DNA of 64,000 nt from Gammaproteobacteria bacterium (lineage in GTDB: Bacteria > Pseudomonadota > Gammaproteobacteria > SZUA-229). The notes under the pieces were generated by a model that was not told the origin of the DNA, did not search any database, and worked only from the letters and a program-made list of their open reading frames with translations. Made by a program: the position numbers and the translations under genes. Positions 57,287 to 64,000 of the stretch are shown here, in pieces. The stretch lies in NCBI GenBank assembly GCA_013042055.1, contig JABDQW010000041.1:1540-65539 (forward strand), written 5' to 3'. Position 1 is the stretch's first letter. Every line of letters begins with the position of its first letter.

Positions 57287-57367
57287 CCCGCATTTGTCAC
57301 GCGAAATGTCTGGATATTATTGTTCTGAAAGGTGTAGGATTGCGCTTCACAATCAACGCTATCTGCC

Positions 57368-58453
57368 ATGAGTAACAAAACCGTACTATACGACAAGCAT
57401 ATTGAATATGGGGGCAAAATTGTCGATTTTGCTGGATGGCAGATGCCTGTGAATTATGGCTCACAAATCGATGAGCACCACCAGGTTCGACAAGATGCGG
57501 GTATGTTCGATGTTTCCCACATGACGGTGATCGATCTGACAGGTGAGGGTGTGAAGCCGTTTCTACAAGTTTTACTCGCCAATGACGTCGTCAGGTTAAA
57601 ACAGCCTGGAAAGGCGCTCTACAGCTGTATGTTGAATCATGACGGCGGTGTCATCGATGATTTGATCGTTTATTTCATGCATGATGACTGGTATCGTATG
57701 GTCGTCAACGCAGCCACCCGTGACAAAGACCTGGCTTGGATCGATGAACAATCCGCCGGCTATGATGTCGAGATCAATGAGCGGTCTGATCTGGCGATGA
57801 TCGCTGTACAGGGTCCGCATGCGCGGGAAAAGGCGATAGAAGCATTACCGGTTGATGTGGTTGAAGCAGTGTCGGGGCTCGAAAGATTTTTCGGTTGTGC
57901 CTGTGGCGAATGGTTCGTCGGAAGAACGGGTTACACTGGTGAAGACGGTTTCGAAATCATGCTACCTGACACCGAAGCACCGGCATTATGGGATGGTTTG
58001 GCGGAAGCGGGTGTCAAGCCCTGTGGTTTGGGTGCTCGTGATACGTTGCGTCTCGAGGCTGGGATGAACTTATACGGTGCGGACATGACCGAGTCGACCT
58101 CTCCTTTGATCTCAGGTCTGGGATGGACAGTCGCTTGGGAACCCGAAGACCGTGAATTTATTGGCCGGACTATTTTGCAAGAGCAACGTGACCAGGGTGT
58201 TGTGTCTAAATGGGTCGGCCTGATACTGGAAGGCAAGGGCATATTGCGCGGCCATCAGAAAGTGGTGGTCGAAGGGGTGGGCGAAGGCGAGACCACCAGT
58301 GGTACGTTCTCGCCTACATTGAAACGATCAATTGCACTTGCTCGTGTTCCCAAAGAAACCGGAGATAAGTGTCAGGTAGAGATACGCGGTAAGTTATTGA
58401 ATGCTTTCGTTGTCAAGCCAGTATTTGTTCGTGACGGTAAAGCCGCGTCATGA
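57368..58453 (+). CDS. gcvT: Glycine cleavage system aminomethyltransferase T.
   Basis: Full-length GcvT of 361 aa. Confidence 0.9.
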   Translation: MSNKTVLYDKHIEYGGKIVDFAGWQMPVNYGSQIDEHHQVRQDAGMFDVSHMTVIDLTGEGVKPFLQVLLANDVVRLKQPGKALYSCMLNHDGGVIDDLIVYFMHDDWYRMVVNAATRDKDLAWIDEQSAGYDVEINERSDLAMIAVQGPHAREKAIEALPVDVVEAVSGLERFFGCACGEWFVGRTGYTGEDGFEIMLPDTEAPALWDGLAEAGVKPCGLGARDTLRLEAGMNLYGADMTESTSPLISGLGWTVAWEPEDREFIGRTILQEQRDQGVVSKWVGLILEGKGILRGHQKVVVEGVGEGETTSGTFSPTLKRSIALARVPKETGDKCQVEIRGKLLNAFVVKPVFVRDGKAAS

Positions 58454-58542
58454 TTGTGTCAGTTGAAACAAGTGATTCTCGTCGTCCATTGAACAATGTA
58501 ATATCACCACAGATCTTTTCGAGAATATAATAGGTTATCGTT

Positions 58543-58932
58543 ATGAGCGAAATACCCTCTGAACTGAAATACACAAAATCACACGAATGGGTGAGAGACG
58601 AAGGCGATGGTACCGTCACAGTCGGTATTACGGATCATGCGCAGGAATTGCTCGGTGATCTTGTCTTTGTCGAGTTGCCTGAAACAGGGACTGAAATGTC
58701 AGCTGAGGATGCCGTCTGCGTGGTGGAATCCGTCAAGGCAGCGTCTGACGTTTATATGCCAGTCAGCGGTGAAGTGGTTGTGGTCAATGAAGGCCTGGTA
58801 GATGCACCCGAAACGATCAACGATTCGCCATACGATGATGGCTGGCTTATCAAAATCAAGTTGTCGAATCCCGATGAACTCAGCGGCTTGATGGACGCGG
58901 ACAGTTACGACGTTGAGACAGCAGAAGACTAG
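58543..58932 (+). CDS. gcvH: Glycine cleavage system H protein.
   Basis: Lipoyl-lysine motif ESVKAAS. Confidence 0.92.
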   Translation: MSEIPSELKYTKSHEWVRDEGDGTVTVGITDHAQELLGDLVFVELPETGTEMSAEDAVCVVESVKAASDVYMPVSGEVVVVNEGLVDAPETINDSPYDDGWLIKIKLSNPDELSGLMDADSYDVETAED

Positions 58933-58934
58933 CA

Positions 58935-60320
58935 ATGCCGTTCATACCCCATACTGATCAGGAAATCGATGAAATGCTGGAGGCCATTGGTATTAAGGAT
59001 ACCGATGCGCTCTTTGCAGAAATTCCATCGCATTTGAGGGTGTCCGGTCTTGAGGGCATTCCAGAGGGAATGACCGAGATGGACGTTTCCCGCCTGATGC
59101 ATCAACGCGCTGCCGAAAACAAACAGGCCGTCTGTTTTCTTGGAGCGGGCGCATACGAGCATCATATACCCGCGGCGGTTTGGCAGCTTACCACACGAGG
59201 TGAATACTATACGGCCTACACACCGTATCAGGCCGAGGCATCGCAAGGGACGCTGCAGCTGACATACGAATACCAAAGTATGATGACCGCCCTGACCGAC
59301 ATGGATGTGTCGAATGCTTCCCTCTATGACGGCGCCTCGGCTCTTGCTGAGGCGATATTGATGGCCGTCCGGGGCAATCGTAAGTCTAAATCACGTAAAA
59401 TTGTGATCCCAAGAACGGTTCATCCTGCGTACCGGAAAACTGCTAATACCATAGTCGGCGGCCAGAATATTGAGCTGGTCGAGGTCGATTATAACCGTGC
59501 AAGCGGGACCGTGTCGTTGGATGCGATCAAGCAGGCTGCGGGCGACGATGTCACCGCCGTGGTCATTCAGCACCCCAGCTTCTTCGGTACGCTGGAAGAC
59601 GTCGATGCGATTACTGACTGGGCGCACCAGAACAATGCGTTGATGATAGCGATCACGAATCCATTGAGCATAGCGATATTAAAACCGCCCGGTCAATGGG
59701 GTGAACGTGGCGCGGACATCGCCTGTGGTGACGGGCAGCCGCTTGGTGCACCGCTTTCATCTGGTGGGCCTTATTATGGTTTCCTGTGCTGCAGTCAAAA
59801 ACTCGTGCGCCAAATGCCGGGACGTATCGTCGGCCGCACCACCGATGTAAATGGTACTCGGGGGTTCGTATTGACCTTGCAGGCACGCGAACAGCATATC
59901 AGACGCTCCAAGGCGACATCGAATATCTGTACTAACCAGGGATTGGTCGTAACTGCATCGACGATACATATGGCTATTCTGGGCCCGCGGGGTTTGGAAC
60001 ATACCGCAGCGGCTTGTCACGCGAATACGCGCGCTTTGGTTGAGCAATTGAATGCGATCGATGGCGTCGAAACGGCTTTCAGCAGCCCGATATTCCATGA
60101 GTCGGTACTGCTTCTCGACAGGCCGGCTGATCAAGTACTCGAAGCACTGGCAGAGCGAGATATTCTGGGTGGTTATGATCTCGCCGCGGATTATCCAGAG
60201 CTGGGTAACGCGATACTGGTCTGCGCCACCGAACTCAGGACCGAAGAAGACATTATGGCCTACCGAAGCGCACTGCAGGCTATTCTGGATGTAGAAATCC
60301 GACACAAGGAAATCGCCTGA
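58935..60320 (+). CDS. gcvPA: Glycine dehydrogenase (decarboxylating) subunit 1.
   Basis: N-terminal half of the P-protein as a separate ORF of 461 aa. Confidence 0.9.
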   Translation: MPFIPHTDQEIDEMLEAIGIKDTDALFAEIPSHLRVSGLEGIPEGMTEMDVSRLMHQRAAENKQAVCFLGAGAYEHHIPAAVWQLTTRGEYYTAYTPYQAEASQGTLQLTYEYQSMMTALTDMDVSNASLYDGASALAEAILMAVRGNRKSKSRKIVIPRTVHPAYRKTANTIVGGQNIELVEVDYNRASGTVSLDAIKQAAGDDVTAVVIQHPSFFGTLEDVDAITDWAHQNNALMIAITNPLSIAILKPPGQWGERGADIACGDGQPLGAPLSSGGPYYGFLCCSQKLVRQMPGRIVGRTTDVNGTRGFVLTLQAREQHIRRSKATSNICTNQGLVVTASTIHMAILGPRGLEHTAAACHANTRALVEQLNAIDGVETAFSSPIFHESVLLLDRPADQVLEALAERDILGGYDLAADYPELGNAILVCATELRTEEDIMAYRSALQAILDVEIRHKEIA

Positions 60321-61780
60321 TGCTGATTCACGAACATTCTAAACCCGGGCGCATTGGTGCGCCCCAGGCGCCTGTAGTCAAAGCGGATATTAGCGACATC
60401 CCCGAACAATTCGTGCGTAAGGAGCGCGCTAGACTACCTGAAGTGTCAGAATTGCAAGCGGTGAGACACTATACACGTCTCTCGAAGAAGAATTTTTCCA
60501 TCGACACGCATTTTTATCCGCTTGGCTCGTGCACGATGAAATACAATCCGCGAGCCTGTAATTCACTGGCGATGTTGCCTGGCTTTTTGTCAAGGCATCC
60601 CTTGACGCCGGATAGATACAGTCAGGGTTTTCTTGCCTGTATGTACGAATTGCAGTCGATGCTATGTAACGCGATGGGTATGGCTGCTTTCTCGCTGGCG
60701 CCGATGGCCGGCGCACAGGGCGAATTCGCTGGTATCAAGATGATCAGTGCCTACCACAAAGCGAACAAAGACGACGCGCGTAAAGAAGTACTGGTTCCAG
60801 ACGCGGCGCACGGTACCAACCCGGCTACGGCGACGATGTGTGGATTCACCGTCAAGGAGATACCGACACTGGATAACGGTGACGTCAATCTGGATGCGTT
60901 GCGGCAAGCAACCGGTCCGCAGACTGCCGCCCTGATGCTGACCAATCCTTCGACTCTGGGTGTGTTTGAACGCCAGATCGAGAAAATTGCGGCGATTGTG
61001 CACGAGGCAGGTGGTCTACTTTACTACGATGGCGCTAACCTGAATGCGATTCTCGGCAAGATACGCCCGGGCGATATGGGTTTCGACGTCATACACACCA
61101 ACTTGCACAAAACGTTCTCAACGCCTCACGGCGGAGGCGGTCCTGGCTCAGGTGCAGTCGGTGTTGCCGCGAGGTTGGAACCTTTTCTGCCGTTGCCCCT
61201 GATAAGCAAGGAGAATAACCAGTATCGCTCCTTAACTGGGCAAGATGCGCCGCAGTCAATTGGATACCTTTCGGCGTTTATGGGTAACGCCGGCGTGTTG
61301 TTGCGCGCGTATATCTATATGCGTTTGCTGGGTAAAACCGGCATGGAGCGTGTAGCAGAGTTCGCAACATTGAACGCGAACTACATGATGGCCGAAGCCA
61401 AACGCCGTGGCTTCCAACTGGCTATACCAGAACGCCGTGCCAGCCACGAATTCATTATCACGTTGAAGAAAGAAGCTAGCGAACTGCATGTTACCGCAAT
61501 GGACTTTGCCAAACGTCTGCTTGATCTAGGCTATCACGCCCCGACAACGTATTTCCCGCTACTGGTGCCCGAGTGCCTATTGATCGAGCCGACGGAATCG
61601 GAGGCCAAAGAAGTGCTGGATGGTTTCATGGATGCGCTCGAGCAAATTCGTGAAGAAGCGAAAACCGATCCTGAGCTGGTAACGACTGCTCCGCACACCT
61701 TGCCGGTACAGCGTCTTGACGAGGTCAGTGCCGCCCGCAATCTTGATTTGGCTTGGAAAACCGAGCGACATCCGGGTTAG
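60320..61780 (+). CDS. gcvPB: Glycine dehydrogenase (decarboxylating) subunit 2.
   Basis: C-terminal PLP-binding half (NLHKTFSTPHGGGGPG). Confidence 0.9.
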   Translation: MLIHEHSKPGRIGAPQAPVVKADISDIPEQFVRKERARLPEVSELQAVRHYTRLSKKNFSIDTHFYPLGSCTMKYNPRACNSLAMLPGFLSRHPLTPDRYSQGFLACMYELQSMLCNAMGMAAFSLAPMAGAQGEFAGIKMISAYHKANKDDARKEVLVPDAAHGTNPATATMCGFTVKEIPTLDNGDVNLDALRQATGPQTAALMLTNPSTLGVFERQIEKIAAIVHEAGGLLYYDGANLNAILGKIRPGDMGFDVIHTNLHKTFSTPHGGGGPGSGAVGVAARLEPFLPLPLISKENNQYRSLTGQDAPQSIGYLSAFMGNAGVLLRAYIYMRLLGKTGMERVAEFATLNANYMMAEAKRRGFQLAIPERRASHEFIITLKKEASELHVTAMDFAKRLLDLGYHAPTTYFPLLVPECLLIEPTESEAKEVLDGFMDALEQIREEAKTDPELVTTAPHTLPVQRLDEVSAARNLDLAWKTERHPG

Positions 61781-61783
61781 CTG

Positions 61784-62491
61784 TTAGCCCAATTCGACAC
61801 AGTTGCGGCCTTTGTTCTTTGCATGGTAGAGCGCAGCGTCTGCGCGTTTGAACAGCGCTCCCACATCATCCTGATCCTTTTTGTATTCCGTTGCTCCGAA
61901 ACTGCAGGTGAGATTGCCGATCTCGCTGAATCGATGTTCAGCGATGTCCTTGCGTAAGCGCTCAGCATGGACGGTGGCGCCAGATATATCAGTCGCCGGT
62001 GTCAGGATGATGAACTCTTCACCGCCGTATCGTGCAAATATGTCAGCACTTCGGTTGGCTTTTTGAACGATGTTAGCAACTTCCCTCAGTGTCTCATCGC
62101 CTACCGGGTGGCCGTATTCATCATTGATTCCCTTGAATTGGTCAAGATCAAAAAAAATCAGGGAAAAGGTTCCGCCATAGCGTTTGACTCTGTCGATTTC
62201 CGAATCGAGGAAATGACTAAAATGTAATCTGTTATAAATATTCGTGAGTGGGTCGGTGTAAGCCACCAGGCTCATTTGCTCTTGTAGCAGTTTAATCCTT
62301 GCCAACAGGTATCCGAACAGCAAACCGGCAAACACGGGTACGACAAAGGCCTCAGGTGTCAGCGGTACGTCGAGCATGTATTTCGCATGAATGATATTCA
62401 AACCAGAAGTAAACAAACACGATATGAATATGTATAAAAAATACACCAGGATTTTTTTACGTGCTGGTAAAATGATATGTTGCATTGTCAT
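61784..62491 (-). CDS. Membrane-anchored GGDEF diguanylate cyclase.
   Basis: N-terminal TM helices, RYGGEEF active site. The start was taken at MTMQ. Confidence 0.75.
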   Translation of the reverse strand: MTMQHIILPARKKILVYFLYIFISCLFTSGLNIIHAKYMLDVPLTPEAFVVPVFAGLLFGYLLARIKLLQEQMSLVAYTDPLTNIYNRLHFSHFLDSEIDRVKRYGGTFSLIFFDLDQFKGINDEYGHPVGDETLREVANIVQKANRSADIFARYGGEEFIILTPATDISGATVHAERLRKDIAEHRFSEIGNLTCSFGATEYKKDQDDVGALFKRADAALYHAKNKGRNCVELG

Positions 62492-62580
62492 GAATTTGAG
62501 AGCGCGGCAGCGTCCTTGAAAGAAGCTATGTCGGCAATCATATCGCCTTTTCATCGATACAGGAAGGAAACCAAATGTGC

Positions 62581-62686
62581 AAACAGATCAAGATGAATGT
62601 GTCCGCAAATAACGCAAAGTACGCAAATAAGACATACAAAAACAAAGGCTCTTTTGCGCGGGCGTTATTTGCGGATTTATATCCTT
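62581..62686. repeat. Family 4 palindromic element (inverted relative to 51262..51345).
   Basis: GTCCGCAAATAACGCAAAGTACGCAAATAAGACATACAAAAACAAAGGCTCTTTTGCGCGGGCGTTATTTGCGGAT. Confidence 0.55.
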
Positions 62687-62818
62687 GGTCTGAATTTAGG
62701 GAGAGAGAGGTGGGAACTTGCGCACTGTTTCTATCAGTGACTTAACAGCAACGATCGCTGTTTGCATATCATGGCATGCTTTACCTGTCCGACAGTGTTA
62801 AACGCTTATTACGTCGTC

Positions 62819-63448
62819 TCATACGGTATGCTGTTCGAGCACTTCATGCGCGGCCGAACGCATTACGTCCTCTGATACGACGCCGGTTAACTTTCTCTCG
62901 CCAAAGATAAAACTGGGAACAGCCTGTATATCGAAGGTTCTCGCCTTACGATAATTAGACATGATGCGCTGCTGGTATTTTTCATCCTGCCAGGCTGATT
63001 CAACAGCATCTTTGTGTATACCGCTGCTGTCCGCGATCTCATGCAGTATATTCCTGTCACCGATGTTTTTACGATCGACGAAGAACGCTGTGAACAATTT
63101 TTCGTGCAGGTCGTAGAATTTTTCACGGCCTGATTCCTTTGCTGTCTCCGCTAGCAGCAGTGCATCCCTGGAATTCGTTGTGAAGGTGTGTTCGGCGATC
63201 GGGATGCTTTCCTCTCGGGCGACAACTTCAAGGTTGTGCATCAGCTGGTTCCATTGTTTGGAAGGGTAGTCCAGGGAGGTCACCGGCTCTCCCTCGGCTG
63301 GTGTTTCAGGATGGATCTCGATGAAGCACCAGTTGATTTTTAAATCATAAGTATCACGAAGCCGCATCAATCGATGATGGCCGACATAGCAGAAGGGACA
63401 GATGTAATCGCTAAACACAGTCACCCTGAGTTCTGGTACATTCATCAT
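62819..63448 (-). CDS. DsbA-family thiol oxidoreductase (FrnE/2-hydroxychromene-2-carboxylate isomerase-like).
   Basis: CPFCY active site at the N-terminus, DsbA-like fold length. Confidence 0.75.
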   Translation of the reverse strand: MMNVPELRVTVFSDYICPFCYVGHHRLMRLRDTYDLKINWCFIEIHPETPAEGEPVTSLDYPSKQWNQLMHNLEVVAREESIPIAEHTFTTNSRDALLLAETAKESGREKFYDLHEKLFTAFFVDRKNIGDRNILHEIADSSGIHKDAVESAWQDEKYQQRIMSNYRKARTFDIQAVPSFIFGERKLTGVVSEDVMRSAAHEVLEQHTV

Positions 63449-63471
63449 ACTGACCCTCTTTGAGTGAGATT

Positions 63472-64000
63472 ATGCATAAGGCTATAGCACAGCACATACT
63501 ATTACTACTGACAGTGTTCTTTTCTGCCAGTTCTTGTCCCCAGGATTTTCGCTGGGAAGCGGGTGTCGGCGCAGTCGCAATACATCTGCCGCTGTATCCC
63601 GGTTCTTCACAGGATGCTGGTTACCTGATACCGTTTCCCTATTTGCGCCTAGAGTCAAAATACCTTGATATCGACCAGGGTATCGAGAGCAATCTCTTCA
63701 GGACCAACAAGGTCAGGTTTAGCCTCAGCGGCGGCTTGGGCGTGCCTGTTAACAGCGCTGACAGCATTGCGCGCGCTGGCATGCCTGATCTCGACTTGGT
63801 GCTACAACTCGGTCCTTCTGTTGACATTATCTTTGACAAGCGCAGTCAAGGTGCCCGTGAATTTCGCCTCGAACTGCCTGTACGCCTCGCGGTTGCCACT
63901 GATTTTTCCTCAACACGGAATATTGGCTGGTTGTTTGAACCGCGGCTCGTGTATGAGTCGAAGCGTAAACACAAAGCGGGCTGGGCCTATGAATATACTG
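63472..64000 (+). CDS. MipA/OmpV-family outer-membrane protein, truncated 3' by the window end.
   Basis: Signal peptide MHKAIAQHILLLLTVFFSASS. MipA-like beta-strand blocks (YLRLESKYLDIDQG...FEPRLVYE). The ORF is open to the window end. Confidence 0.65.
   Translation, partial: MHKAIAQHILLLLTVFFSASSCPQDFRWEAGVGAVAIHLPLYPGSSQDAGYLIPFPYLRLESKYLDIDQGIESNLFRTNKVRFSLSGGLGVPVNSADSIARAGMPDLDLVLQLGPSVDIIFDKRSQGAREFRLELPVRLAVATDFSSTRNIGWLFEPRLVYESKRKHKAGWAYEYT

Noticed and set aside
57290-57367. Possible glycine riboswitch upstream of gcvT.
   Set aside because: The leader is only about 80 nt. It lacks the conserved GGAGAG / CACCG / GGGCAA-type aptamer blocks and is partly occupied by a MITE terminus fragment.
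1-64000. CRISPR arrays, rRNA genes, and transposase, integrase or phage genes.
   Set aside because: No direct-repeat and spacer arrays were seen; the repeats present are inverted-repeat MITE/REP types. No IS transposase or integrase-like ORF is present, and no rRNA-like conserved blocks are present.

Overview
This window looks like gammaproteobacterial chromosomal core: about 50% GC, with housekeeping gene order conserved with E. coli and Pseudomonas. The conserved blocks are rplM-rpsI-tRNA-Gln, rpiA, ilvA, zapA-ssrS(6S RNA)-ygfA, ygfB-pepP-ubiH-ubiI, gcvT-gcvH-gcvPA-gcvPB, ampD-ampE, amgK-murU and adk. Between these blocks sit envelope, lipid and signalling genes: an NfeD-stomatin pair, an Mla-like ABC/MCE operon, MltB, Bax-like glucosaminidase and porin genes, a CFA-synthase-like methyltransferase next to an FAD reductase and DgkA, and several c-di-GMP genes (HD-GYP, two GGDEF, HDOD). 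The most striking feature at the sequence level is the density of small non-autonomous palindromic repeats in at least four families. Family 1 is a roughly 250-bp MITE with perfect 20-bp terminal inverted repeats (TAGCCCGCATTTCTCACCAG). It has four full copies and at least six fragments in 64 kb, and its terminal TAG/TAA repeatedly serves as the stop codon of the adjacent gene. The window also holds a probable 6S RNA, one tRNA-Gln, and a four-helix-bundle-protein pseudogene with three in-frame nonsense codons. Two gene pairs merit follow-up. One is a Cfa-like methyltransferase plus a geranylgeranyl-reductase-like flavoprotein, a candidate for making mid-chain methyl-branched fatty acids. The other is a glutamate-cysteine-ligase-like enzyme plus an AstE/AspA-like deacylase, co-directional with amgK-murU. 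No CRISPR array, rRNA, transposase or integrase was seen. Every call is based on reading the sequence and the ORF translations by eye; no database search was run.
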